Below are positions 27,093 through 36,556 of a stretch of 64,000 nucleotides of DNA, piece after piece (the first letter of the stretch is position 1; the number at the start of each line of letters is the position of its first letter). Under the pieces are notes generated by a model. The model was not told the origin of the DNA. It ran no database searches and saw only the letters and a list, made by a program, of their open reading frames with translations. Source of the stretch: a virus. The stretch spans positions 1-64,000 of the IMG/VR virus record IMGVR_UViG_3300047508_000198, one strand, 5' to 3'. The position numbers and the translations under genes were made by a program.

Positions 27093-27229
27093 TGGCCGAC
27101 GACGACGGCTGGTCCAACGGCAACAGCTTCAACCTCGAAGCACATCCCGGCGCCACGCGCAGCAACTGCATGGAGCCGTTCTACCCATGGGGCTGCACGA
27201 GGCAGAACCAGGACAGGGGCAGCATGTGA
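27092..27229 (+). CDS. Mini-ORF 2 (45 aa)
   Basis: MADDDGWSNGNSFNLE...; TGATG overlaps at both ends. Confidence 0.55.
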   Translation: MADDDGWSNGNSFNLEAHPGATRSNCMEPFYPWGCTRQNQDRGSM

Positions 27230-27366
27230 TGTTCGGCAACACAGTCCAGCTCGACCGCCCGAACGACTACGGGATCGCGATCAGGGACCTGCCCGGCAAG
27301 GTCACGCCGTGCTGGAAATTCGGCGTCTCGGTCGAGGCCATGATGGCCGGGGCGCTCCCGGTCTGA
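27229..27366 (+). CDS. Mini-ORF 3 (45 aa)
   Basis: MFGNTVQLDRPNDYGIAIRDLPGKVTPCWKFGVSVEAMMAGALPV. Confidence 0.55.
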   Translation: MFGNTVQLDRPNDYGIAIRDLPGKVTPCWKFGVSVEAMMAGALPV

Positions 27367-27392
27367 CCCGCGGCACGGCGCGGTCGCCGGGT

Positions 27393-28958
27393 GACGGCCG
27401 CGCCATGCCGGGCCCTGCCTTGCCGATCCGAGCTGCGCCCTGACACTCCTAGCCCTGCGTGGACTGCCGAGCTGCGCCGTGCCCTGCCTTAAACGGCCCA
27501 GCCGCGCCATAACTGCCGAGCCGAGCCGAGCACGGACTAGCCAAGATAACCGAGCCGCGACGGCCGGGCCATGCCAAGCTGTGCCCAGTCAAGCCACGCG
27601 ATGACTGCCGAGCCATAACGCGCCCAGTCGAACCACGCCATGCGATGACTGCCTTGCTGTCCCGAGCTGATCCTTGACCAGCCGAGCGACGACGGCCTGG
27701 CCATCCCTGCCGAGCCTGGCCGGGCCTGGCCCTGAAGATCCGTGCCAAGCCGCGACGGCCACGCCCAGCCTCGCCAAGATCAGCCGCGCCCCGACTGCCA
27801 AGCACAGCCGCGCCGAACTGCGCTGTCCAAGTGAAGCACTGCCCTGCCTATCCGGCCATGCCGCGCGATGCCTTGCCTTGCTACCCGCGCTATCCGCGCC
27901 GCGCCTATCCAGCCAGGACCGGCGGCGCCATGCTACGCGATGCCTCACGACAGCACGCGATACCGCGCCAGCCATGCCATGCCGCGCCTCGCTATGCCGC
28001 CCGTGCGCTCCCAGGCCTAGCCATGACGGCCTGGCCATATCTGGCCATGCCACGCCTTGACCAGCCACGCACTGAACAGCCGTGCGCTAACTGCCTCGCC
28101 GCGCCGCGCCAAGACCGACCAGGCCTTGCCAAGCCGGGCCTTAACGGCCTCGCCATGCCCTGCCGTGCCTCGCCAAGCGATGCCTAGGCTGCCGTGCCGA
28201 GACGAGCCTGTCCCTGACGAGCCCGGCCTCACCTTGGCGGCCAAGCCAAGCCATGCCCAGCCTCGCCAAGCCTCGCGAGCCTGACCCCGCCCTATGCTGC
28301 CCTGGCGAACCCAGCCTGGACTGCCACGCCGTACCCAGCCGAGTCGCGCAGAGCCTTGCACCTCCTGCCACACCTGGCCGAGCGGCCCTCGCTGTCCCAG
28401 CCGGGCAACGCCTCGCCATGCGCCGACAGCCTTGCCGAGCCGAGCCGCACTCAGCGCAGCCCTGCCAACCCGATCCTGGCCCTGACGGCCGAGCCCAGCT
28501 GTGCCAAGCCGTGACTCGCCTCGCCAAACCCGGGGGCGCCATGCCATGACGGCCCTGCCGAGTTGCGCAATGCCGAGCGATCTGTGCCGCCCAAGCCAAC
28601 CATGCCTTCCGGCCTTGCCCAGCGCTCCATGCCGTACCCTCCATGACGGCCTTGCTGCGCACAGCCAGTCCATGCCAAGCCCCGCATCGCCTCGCCATGA
28701 CTGCGTTGCCCCGCCCGACCTGGACTGGACAGGCCTCGACTGCCTCGCCCGGCCTCGCCTAGCCTGGCCTTGACCCGCCATGCCTTGCGTCAACGGCCTT
28801 ACCCCGCCGGGACGGGCTCCGCTCCGCCTGGATCAGCCCCGCCTTGCCTCGACTGCCTCGCCTGGCCCGGCCTCGCCAAGCCGTCCTTGCCGGGCCTTGA
28901 CTGCCACGCCTTGCCATGCCGATCCGGAACGCGCCCAGCCTACGAAGCCGAGCCTTGG
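27393..28958 (-). repeat. GGC-NN pentamer array 2 (about 27-30 units)
   Basis: Plus strand reads NNGCC with GACTGCC/GACGGCC separators (27393, 27462, 27559, 27603, 27647, 27691, 27754, 27793 ... 28851, 28899); starts about 10 nt after the portal stop. Confidence 0.85.
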
Positions 28959-28968
28959 CTATCTAAGT

Positions 28969-31140
28969 TTATAGCACATCCTCGTCCGGCAGCTCGTCGC
29001 CCTCCTTGACGCCGAGCTTGCCGCGGACGCCCACCGTCCTCGGCGCCTTGTACTGAGGCGGGGCATCATGCGTCTCCCACTCGCGCACCTCCTGCAGCTG
29101 GCCGTCAGACCGGTAGACCGGGGTCTGGTGCTCCTCGTCCCCGTGCACCGGGTACGACCGCGCCTTCGCTGCCTCGCGGGTGCGGGCGGTGCGGCGGAAC
29201 AAGCTGGCCTCAGACGGCATGCCCTCGCGCTCCTCGTCGGACTCCTCCGGCCGGTCGGACTCCTCGCCGGGGCCGGGCTCCTCCTCGCCGCCCTCCTCCT
29301 CGCCCTCGGGCGGGGCCATCGGGTCCTCGCCCTCCATCTCGGCGTCCTCGGGCCCGGGGGCCAGCGCCAGCAGCGGCGGGCCGGGCTCGGTGCCCAGGCG
29401 GGGGATGGGCAGGCCGCCCATGGAAGCGCCTGCGGGCATGCCCTCGACCTGGGCGTAGGCACCGAAGTCGTCCTGCAGGTCCTGGGGGATCGGGTAGCCG
29501 CCGTCCTTCAGCGCGATGTAGGCCCGCTTGCGGGTGTCCTGCTCGGCGACGATCTGGTCCACCGCCTCGTCCTGGGACCGGGCGACCTCCTCGTCCAGGT
29601 CGATCTCCAGGTTCCGGGTCCGGGTGCGCTGGGAGATCGGGATGCCGGCGGCGCGCAGCGCCTCGATGAACTGGCGGGTCGCGTCCTCGTCCTTCAGGTT
29701 CAGCACCTGGAACTTGCGGTCGGGGACCAGCAGCTTGGGCTGCTCGACGAGATGCTTCTCGCCGGTCTCCTCGTCGGTCTCCAGCACCTCCTCCATGATC
29801 ACGTAGCGCTTGCCACCGTGCTCGCGGTAGGCGTAGTGCTCCTGGGCCTCGGCCACCACCAGGGCCCGCTGCCGGAAGTGCCGCGCCTGGAACTTCTGGT
29901 ACTTGGTCATCAGCATGGTGACCAGTTCCTTGTTCAGCGCGTCGGCCGCGTAGGTCTGGCCGGACTGGGCACCCATCAGGAACGTCCGGGACAGGCCGAA
30001 CACCTGCAGGATCGAGTCCTCGATCCGCTCGAAGTCGGGGGTCAGGTCGGGCATCTGCTCGCGGCCCAGCACCGGCAGCATCTCGACGGCGAAGTTGTAG
30101 ATCAGCGCGCGGAAGTCGCCGGCCAGGGCCGCGTCCAGGGCCAGCTCGAAGTTCTCCAGGTCGTCATCGGTGGGGATCCACGGCTGGGAGGTGCCCAGGT
30201 CGGTCGCCGAGGCGCCGAGCTTGCACAGGATCAGCGGCGTGTAGAGCCGGTCGGCGATCGAGTCCAGCGCGGTGTTGAGCATCTCCTTCTGCAGCATCGA
30301 GCGCATCGCCCGGGTCAGCAGCGGCACGCCGCGCACGTTGAACGTGTCGCCCCTGAACTTCAGCTGCTTCAGCAAGATGTTGCTCACCGGCATGAAGGTG
30401 TTCTCGGCCGTGTAGGCGGTCAGCTCGGGGTACTCCTGGACCAGCCGGTTGTACTCCCAGGCGGGCTGGCGGGTCTGCAGGATCTGCCGGATCGTCCAGG
30501 GCAGCCGGATGAAGAACCGCGGCTCCTTCAGGAACGGGCTGCGCTCGACCTTGACGTCATCGGGGTTGAGCAGCTCCTCGTCGTCCCAGATGCCGAGGTC
30601 CTCGTTGAACGTGGCGAAGCACCAGGCCTCGCCCGAGGTCCAGTACTCCCGGCCGATGTCGACGGTGAACTCCTCGTAGTCCAGGTGCTCCTCGCCGAAG
30701 AACAGGTCGCCGTAGAAGTCCTCCAGCCGGGAGTCCATGCACTCCAGGTGGTCGCCCATGGTCGGGAACTTGGAGAAGATGTCGACACACGAGCCGATGA
30801 TCGGGTCGGTCTGGTACAGCAGCCGGCAGAACGCCCGGACCTTGGCCAGCTCCTCGTTCTGGCTGAAGTCGTAGGGCAGGTTGTTCTGCCGCCAGTAGAA
30901 CAGCGGGTCGCGCGGGCGGCCGGTAGCGAACTGGATATCGCCGAACCCGCCGCCCGCTCCGCCCGCGCCCCCGGCACCGTACGCGGCAGTGCGCCGGTTG
31001 ACCGAGCGGTTCTTGCGGGCCTCGGCCACCTCGGCCGTCATGGACCCGTCCGCGGCCCCGTAGGCCAGCATCCGGCTCATCCCCTCGGAGACCCGGCGGT
31101 CGCGGTCGAGGGCGGCGGTGGCGCTGAACCTGACCTTCAC
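28969..31140 (-). CDS. Portal protein (cluster C-like)
   Basis: RPRDPLFYWRQNNLPYD...IADRLYTPLIL.KLG...ALDAALAGDFR resembles the cluster C portal as recalled; 723 aa. Confidence 0.85.
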   Translation of the reverse strand: MKVRFSATAALDRDRRVSEGMSRMLAYGAADGSMTAEVAEARKNRSVNRRTAAYGAGGAGGAGGGFGDIQFATGRPRDPLFYWRQNNLPYDFSQNEELAKVRAFCRLLYQTDPIIGSCVDIFSKFPTMGDHLECMDSRLEDFYGDLFFGEEHLDYEEFTVDIGREYWTSGEAWCFATFNEDLGIWDDEELLNPDDVKVERSPFLKEPRFFIRLPWTIRQILQTRQPAWEYNRLVQEYPELTAYTAENTFMPVSNILLKQLKFRGDTFNVRGVPLLTRAMRSMLQKEMLNTALDSIADRLYTPLILCKLGASATDLGTSQPWIPTDDDLENFELALDAALAGDFRALIYNFAVEMLPVLGREQMPDLTPDFERIEDSILQVFGLSRTFLMGAQSGQTYAADALNKELVTMLMTKYQKFQARHFRQRALVVAEAQEHYAYREHGGKRYVIMEEVLETDEETGEKHLVEQPKLLVPDRKFQVLNLKDEDATRQFIEALRAAGIPISQRTRTRNLEIDLDEEVARSQDEAVDQIVAEQDTRKRAYIALKDGGYPIPQDLQDDFGAYAQVEGMPAGASMGGLPIPRLGTEPGPPLLALAPGPEDAEMEGEDPMAPPEGEEEGGEEEPGPGEESDRPEESDEEREGMPSEASLFRRTARTREAAKARSYPVHGDEEHQTPVYRSDGQLQEVREWETHDAPPQYKAPRTVGVRGKLGVKEGDELPDEDVL

Positions 31141-31913
31141 CCAGCCTCATCCCACAGCGTGCAGCCCGGCCCGTTGTGGTCCGCCTTGCAGTCCCGGGAA
31201 TGGAACTTGGGCCGGTCGGCCGCGTAGTCGTGGTAGCCGTCGTACCAGGCGTCCGGCTCGTGGCGGAAGTCGGCGCGGTCCAGGGCCGAGTTGGCGCCGC
31301 CACCCTGCGAGGCCTTCCAGCCACGGTTGTAGTGGCCGGTGTACTCCGGATCGCCCGCGGCCTCGTGGCGGATCCGGGCTAGCACCGCCGGGTGGCGGCC
31401 GGAGACCATGATCGCCAGGTGCCGGACGTAGGCGTCCTCCGGCAGCTCATCGCCCGCGATGGTGCGGTAGAGGCGGGCTGACTTCTTCTTTGCGAATGGC
31501 GGGGCTTCGCCTTCCCCTTCTTCCTCGCCTTCCTCCTCTTCCCCGGGAGGCGCGCCCTCTTCTTCTTCCCCTGCCTCTTCGTCGCCGAATGGCGGCCCAC
31601 CCTCGTCCTCCTCGCCCGGCGGCATGCCCTCGTCCTCCATGCCAGGTGGCAGTCCGCCTTCTTCCATCCCGGGTGGTGGCATAGCGCCCATGTCGGGGCC
31701 GACATCGGTGGGCGCGCCCATGCCCGGAGCCTGGGGCATACCCGGGAACGCGGGCTGGACCCGGACGATGAAGGACTGGCCGCAGAAGGCGCAGTCGATG
31801 CCGCCGTCACTGCGCCCGGTGATCTGCCCGCTGCCGCAGAACGGGCAGTGCGAGCACAGGACCGGATCGCCCGGGTCGTGCGCGACCTTGATGAACCGGG
31901 AATCGAGCTGCAT
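31137..31913 (-). CDS. Zinc-ribbon/acidic head-module protein upstream of the portal
   Basis: HCPFCGSGQITGRSDG..DCAFC; overlaps the portal start; GGAGG RBS. Confidence 0.7.
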   Translation of the reverse strand: MQLDSRFIKVAHDPGDPVLCSHCPFCGSGQITGRSDGGIDCAFCGQSFIVRVQPAFPGMPQAPGMGAPTDVGPDMGAMPPPGMEEGGLPPGMEDEGMPPGEEDEGGPPFGDEEAGEEEEGAPPGEEEEGEEEGEGEAPPFAKKKSARLYRTIAGDELPEDAYVRHLAIMVSGRHPAVLARIRHEAAGDPEYTGHYNRGWKASQGGGANSALDRADFRHEPDAWYDGYHDYAADRPKFHSRDCKADHNGPGCTLWDEAG

Positions 31914-31947
31914 GCGGCTGCGCCTCCTTCCCTCCTTCCCGGGTCGG

Positions 31948-31977
31948 TTGGCAGATACCAAGGTTCATTGATATTGT
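31948..31977 (+). promoter_or_regulatory. Operator-type promoter (degenerate copy), leaderless
   Basis: TTGGCA-18-TATTGT with ACCAAGGTTCATTGA in the spacer; ATG at 31985. Confidence 0.55.
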
Positions 31978-31984
31978 CTCCCTC

Positions 31985-32230
31985 ATGATGATGCTCCGCA
32001 GGGCCCGCCGGGCCGTGTACCGGATCTGGTGGCGGCACCTGCCGTGGTCCCTGCCGGTGAGCCGGGCGATGGCCCCGATGCTCCTCGCGTTCGTCCCGAT
32101 CCTGATCCGGGAGAGCGCGCTGGCCGGGTTCATCGCAGCCATGGGGTCGATCGCCTGCTCATTCTGGTCGATATGGTCCGGTTTCGCCCGCAACCACGCC
32201 AAGACGGGCTGGTTCCCCTGGAAGCCGTAG
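31985..32230 (+). CDS. Small membrane protein
   Basis: Two hydrophobic segments; leaderless geometry. Confidence 0.5.
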   Translation: MMMLRRARRAVYRIWWRHLPWSLPVSRAMAPMLLAFVPILIRESALAGFIAAMGSIACSFWSIWSGFARNHAKTGWFPWKP

Positions 32231-32240
32231 CCCAGCCGAT

Positions 32241-32269
32241 TTTGCGTTATCAAGGTTTATTGATATAGT
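32241..32269 (+). promoter_or_regulatory. SigA-type promoter with operator
   Basis: TTTGCG-TTATCAAGGTTTATTGA-TATAGT. Confidence 0.7.
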
Positions 32270-32301
32270 GATCCTGTACGCACCGACGAGCAGGAGCACC
32301 G

Positions 32302-32679
32302 ATGGACACCAGGACCGAACCCCTCACCCACGCCGAGCTGGCCGCGGCCTATGCCGAGTTCTACCGCGAGATGTGGATGCGCAGCGCAATGGTCTACGGG
32401 GCGCTGGACGTGCGCTATACCCACGCGGCCTTCCTCGTCTACGACGAGGCCCGCGCCGAGGCCGAGCTGGAGGAGACCTACGAGATCGCCGACGTGATCG
32501 AGCAGGTCGTCTTCGCGAGCAAGCCCGTCGGCCACTGGTGGACGATCAGCGCGGTCGCGCGCAAGGGCCACCTCGACCCGCGCAAGACCGCCCGGGTGCT
32601 GACCTGGATGGTCGAGAACAAGTTCGCCATCGACAACGGCCGCGGCGGCTGCTGGATCAACTTCGGGCGGCGGTCATGA
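32302..32679 (+). CDS. Hypothetical protein, possible wHTH C-terminus
   Basis: AGGAG RBS; first gene of a coupled operon. Confidence 0.6.
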   Translation: MDTRTEPLTHAELAAAYAEFYREMWMRSAMVYGALDVRYTHAAFLVYDEARAEAELEETYEIADVIEQVVFASKPVGHWWTISAVARKGHLDPRKTARVLTWMVENKFAIDNGRGGCWINFGRRS

Positions 32680-33020
32680 CCGAGCAAGTGCGGTTCGTCC
32701 CCGACGGCGGGAAGCCCCGCAGGCGGAAGCCCGCCCCGAAGCCCGCCACCGTCCTGGGCCGGGATATCCAGCCGGGTCAGGTCGTCAAGGTCCACGGCCG
32801 CTGGCTGCGCATCGTGAGCTGGGCCGACGACGGGTTCCCGATGCGGTTCGCCATCGTCGCCCCGCACCAGATCGACCCGCGGCTGACCACCAGCGTCACC
32901 GGCCGGTGGCGGCTGATCCACGCCGAAGACGACTACCCGACCCGCGACGAGCCCGCTCCCGTCTGGGAGCACGTGACCAGGCAGATCGAGCGCGAGCGAG
33001 CTGAAGGACTGAGGGACTGA
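32676..33020 (+). CDS. Hypothetical protein
   Basis: ATGA coupling; start MTEQVRF. Confidence 0.5.
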   Translation: MTEQVRFVPDGGKPRRRKPAPKPATVLGRDIQPGQVVKVHGRWLRIVSWADDGFPMRFAIVAPHQIDPRLTTSVTGRWRLIHAEDDYPTRDEPAPVWEHVTRQIERERAEGLRD

Positions 33021-33021
33021 G

Positions 33022-33225
33022 ATGAAGCAGCTGTTCCAGATCACCGTGGCCGATGAGCAGGGTGTCGTGATCGACACCGGCTGGGTCTTCATGGAGGTCC
33101 CGCTGGTGCCCGCAGGCGCCACCCAGGACCTGCCCCTCGCCGGGGCGGCGCTGTTCGACGCCGTGATCACCCACGGCATCGACCAGGGCATCGAGGCCGA
33201 CCCCGAGGAGGCGAGACGCGCATGA
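33022..33225 (+). CDS. Hypothetical protein (67 aa)
   Basis: Operon continuity. Confidence 0.5.
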   Translation: MKQLFQITVADEQGVVIDTGWVFMEVPLVPAGATQDLPLAGAALFDAVITHGIDQGIEADPEEARRA

Positions 33226-33437
33226 GCGACGCCGGGCTGAACGACAAGGTGAGCTTCCGCGCCATGCGGGACCCGCTGAACGGCGACGAAACCCTGATCA
33301 CGGTCGAGGGCATCGTGGTCCGGGAGCGCTGGGGCCACCGGGCCGACCACTTCACCATCCGCACCCTGGAGCACCCGCCCCGGACCTTCGTGCGGCTGGC
33401 CAGTGCCATCGAGGTCATCGCGAAGGCACCGCTATGA
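33222..33437 (+). CDS. Hypothetical protein (71 aa)
   Basis: ATGA coupling. Confidence 0.5.
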   Translation: MSDAGLNDKVSFRAMRDPLNGDETLITVEGIVVRERWGHRADHFTIRTLEHPPRTFVRLASAIEVIAKAPL

Positions 33438-33706
33438 GCGGCTCAGCGACAAAGGCCGAGCGCGGCAAGACGCAGATCGAGGTCACCACCGAGACGCGAC
33501 GCGACCTGCGGCTGCTGGCCGCGCTGACCGACCAGGGCATGGCCGAGGCTGCCGCCGACGCCATCAGCGCGGCCCTGGAGAGGGCCCAGGGCGGCCCCGT
33601 GGCCGAGTCCATCCTCCTGGTCCTGGCGGCCGTGATCCTGCGCAAGCACTCGTACGGCCGGTTCGCCGACCAGGTGGACGCCATCGCGGAAGGAATCAAG
33701 TCATGA
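33434..33706 (+). CDS. Possible ribbon-helix-helix protein
   Basis: KTQIEVTTETRRDLRLLAALTDQGMAE fits the RHH pattern; ATGA coupling. Confidence 0.45.
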   Translation: MSGSATKAERGKTQIEVTTETRRDLRLLAALTDQGMAEAAADAISAALERAQGGPVAESILLVLAAVILRKHSYGRFADQVDAIAEGIKS

Positions 33707-34212
33707 GCAGCACCGCGGCCAAGAACCGGCGGCGTAAAGGCGGGTTCACGCCGCCGCGCGAGTGGATCCCGATGACCCGGGGCGAGCTGATCGTCGACCC
33801 GCAGATGCAGGAGATCGCCGCGCAGAACCCCGACGTCGCCGAAGTGCTGGATGACGTCAACGAGATCTGGATCAACAACCAGTACGTGGTCACCGTCCGG
33901 CGCTTCTCCGAGGGCAAGCCGGACGTCATGTCGCTGTCCATCCGGCGGATCGACCGCAAGCCCATCGACAACTGGCGGCACAAGCAGCGGATCAAGAACG
34001 AGATCGCCGGCGAGGACGTCGATGCCTTCGAGCTGTACCCGATGAAGAAGCGCACCGTCGACACGGCCAACCAGTACTGGATCTGGTGCATGCGGCCCGG
34101 CGTCGAGCTGCCCATGGGCTTCACCGAGCGGGCGGTCAACGGGGATAATGACCCGCGATTCCCCATGTCGCGGCAGCAGCCATTCGCCAGGGGTGAGAGG
34201 GAGGCCATCTGA
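33703..34212 (+). CDS. Conserved phage protein of unknown function
   Basis: LSIRRIDRKPI.NWRHKQRIKNEIAGE..AFELYP...VDTANQYWIW resembles a widespread phage family. Confidence 0.7.
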   Translation: MSSTAAKNRRRKGGFTPPREWIPMTRGELIVDPQMQEIAAQNPDVAEVLDDVNEIWINNQYVVTVRRFSEGKPDVMSLSIRRIDRKPIDNWRHKQRIKNEIAGEDVDAFELYPMKKRTVDTANQYWIWCMRPGVELPMGFTERAVNGDNDPRFPMSRQQPFARGEREAI

Positions 34213-34661
34213 TGAACGACACCGCGGCACTGGTGTACATGATCTTGTGGCTGGCCGCCGTCGTCACGCTGGGCTTCGGCTGCCTCCTGCTGATGGTCAG
34301 CCTGGTCCTGTTCGATAAGCCCGCCGGGCAGCTGAGCACCCGGGAGGTCCTCGTGCCGCTGTGGTGCCTGCTGGCCGGGCCCCGGCAGCAGGACCGGCTG
34401 CGGGCCATCCTGGCGCGGCGGGCCGCGGGGCAGGCGCTGGCCAGCGGCACCCTCCGCGACGTCGCCCGGCACCGGGTCAGCGCGCCGCCGCGGCGTGACC
34501 GGGCTGAGACGTGCCGGGACTGCGGCGCCACCCGGGTCCGCTTCATCCCGCCGTACCACCCGGGGATGGGCCCCGGCTTCTGGGGATTCATGCCGATGGA
34601 GGTCGTCACCGAACGAGACGCCGACTGTCGCTGCCCCCGGCACGCGCACCGCTTCCCCGAT

Positions 34662-34690
34662 TTGCCGTTATCAATAAACCTTGATATCCT
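34662..34690 (+). promoter_or_regulatory. SigA-type leaderless promoter with inverted operator
   Basis: TTGCCG-TTATCAATAAACCTTGA-TATCCT; ATG at 34697. Confidence 0.7.
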
Positions 34691-34696
34691 GGGGTC

Positions 34697-35632
34697 ATGA
34701 GCACGAGCACCCAGGAGCAGACAGTGAGCACCGAGACGATCAACCCCGTCGACTTCGACAACCAGCTGATGGCCCTGCACGAGAAGGCCGGCCAGGTCCA
34801 GGCCCGGCTGACCGGCAACCGCGACTTCCAGCACATCGCGGTCGGCGACCGCAAGAGCTACGTCGGCAAGGCGCACCTGTGGCGCCGCACCGCGGCCGAG
34901 GTCCTGGAGAGCCTGCAGATCATGGCCAAGCACGGCCAGGACCTGCCCGCGAGCATCAGCCGCGGCGGCCAGCTGACCGCCCGCAAGCTGCTCGACCAGG
35001 AGAACGACCTGATGGTCGAGCTGTCCGGAATCATGCTGGCCATCTCGAAGATGGATGCGACCTACGCCCTGCCGGAGAACCGCTGGAACCGCTACTTCCG
35101 CTGCATGAACAGCGACGGCCACATCCACAGCTCGCTCCGCGGCTGCCAGACCGTGAACTACTCCACCGCGATGAGCTGGAACACCCACCTGTCCGGCCAG
35201 CCGGTCGAGGCGGCCATCGCCGACATCGGCCCGACGCTGTGCAGCGTCTGCTACCCGGGCGCGCCGGTCGAGTGGCGGCAGAGGAAGTCCGACGTCGAGC
35301 GCGCCGCCCGCGAGGCCGCCAAGGCCGCCCGCGAGGAGGCCAAGTTCGTCAAGCGGCTGCGCGATGACGAGCTGTTCCGCTGCGACCACAGCTTCGTCGA
35401 GACCGTGGCCGCGTGCCTGGAGGTGCTGCGCAAGGAAGTCGAGTTCCGCGACTACTACGGCCGCGGCGAGCACCCCTTCCACCGCGAGTACTGGGAGGCC
35501 GCCCACCTGGCCAAGGCCGTCCTGATCGCCCGCGAGGAGCGCCAGCCCGGCACCGGCCGCACCGCCGAGCAGATCGACAAGACCATCGACAGCGCCATCA
35601 AGAAGAACCGCAAGGAAGGAGCACGGATATGA
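34697..35632 (+). CDS. Conserved actinophage protein with His/Cys metal-binding motifs
   Basis: WNRYF...DGHIHSS..GC.T...LSG...GPTLCSVCYPGAPVEW. Confidence 0.7.
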   Translation: MSTSTQEQTVSTETINPVDFDNQLMALHEKAGQVQARLTGNRDFQHIAVGDRKSYVGKAHLWRRTAAEVLESLQIMAKHGQDLPASISRGGQLTARKLLDQENDLMVELSGIMLAISKMDATYALPENRWNRYFRCMNSDGHIHSSLRGCQTVNYSTAMSWNTHLSGQPVEAAIADIGPTLCSVCYPGAPVEWRQRKSDVERAAREAAKAAREEAKFVKRLRDDELFRCDHSFVETVAACLEVLRKEVEFRDYYGRGEHPFHREYWEAAHLAKAVLIAREERQPGTGRTAEQIDKTIDSAIKKNRKEGARI

Positions 35633-35934
35633 CAGCGACCCTCGTCGGGCCGAAGGCCACGACCCCCGGGGCGGAGGCCCTGGTGGACCTGACCAGGGGG
35701 CAGGGGTCGAGGGGCGAGCGTCTTCCGGTGATGCCGCGGGGAAACAGGCCCGTAGCGCTGCCCTCCCTCCCGGAGGGCCACCGGCTGTTCGCCGGCTACG
35801 ACCAGGGCCTGGGGGAGCAGCTGGTCCTGATCGAGACCCTGGAGGACGCCCAGGAGCTGTGGGACCGGCAGGACTACATGCTGGAATCGCCCATCTGGTA
35901 CTCCGCCCCGGTCCTATTCGCCCAGGACAACTGA
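35629..35934 (+). CDS. Hypothetical protein
   Basis: AAGGAG RBS, ATGA coupling. Confidence 0.5.
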   Translation: MTATLVGPKATTPGAEALVDLTRGQGSRGERLPVMPRGNRPVALPSLPEGHRLFAGYDQGLGEQLVLIETLEDAQELWDRQDYMLESPIWYSAPVLFAQDN

Positions 35935-36102
35935 TGCCGTTCAGGCTGCCCCGGGAGTGCCCGACCTGCGGCCTCTCGATGGCCGTGCAAGGCGACGGGA
36001 CGCTGTACCCGCACAGCCGCTATGTCACGGGCGGCGGCCCGCTACCGGACCAGGACCACACGATGGTGCCCTGCGAGGGCGAGACAGAAGGAGAGTGACC
36101 AG

Positions 36103-36420
36103 ATGAGGACGATTACCATCCAGGCCGACGGCGGGCCCGGCGGCAACGACGAGGTGATGAAGGCCGCGCTGCTGTTCATCGTGACCAGCATCCCGGTCGG
36201 CGGGAAGGGGTTCAAGTTCGACGGCGACCTGGACGACGGGACCATCGTCAACCACCGCCACCAGGGCGACTGGGTGGTCAGCTTCCGGCCCATCGCGAGA
36301 GACCGCACCCGCCGCCATCACTACACCAACCCGTACCTGGTGGTCGAGGCGATCATCACGCGCCGGCACGTCGTCCGGAGCACGGACCAGGACGAGGCCG
36401 CCGAGCCGCTGGCCGGCTGA
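36103..36420 (+). CDS. Hypothetical protein
   Basis: AAGGAG RBS; followed by a hairpin at about 36430-36460. Confidence 0.5.
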   Translation: MRTITIQADGGPGGNDEVMKAALLFIVTSIPVGGKGFKFDGDLDDGTIVNHRHQGDWVVSFRPIARDRTRRHHYTNPYLVVEAIITRRHVVRSTDQDEAAEPLAG

Positions 36421-36497
36421 GCGGAGACCGCAGCGGCGGCCCGGATCGGGCCGCCGCTGCTGCGTATCTGGACTAAGGTACATTGAGCATCCCCGAT

Positions 36498-36526
36498 TTG
36501 GCATTATCAAGGTTTATTGATATCCT
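36498..36526 (+). promoter_or_regulatory. SigA-type promoter with operator
   Basis: TTGGCA-TTATCAAGGTTTATTGA-TATCCT. Confidence 0.7.
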
Positions 36527-36556
36527 GGGGGAAGACACCGACGAGAGGAAGCACCG

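Noticed and set aside
26961-27366. Diversity-generating retroelement template/variable repeats
   Set aside because: Repeats are short, differences are not adenine-specific, and no reverse transcriptase is in the window
27393-28958. Simple microsatellite or assembly artefact
   Set aside because: NN positions are diverse, units are non-identical, the register is kept at three loci in both orientations, and boundaries coincide with gene ends
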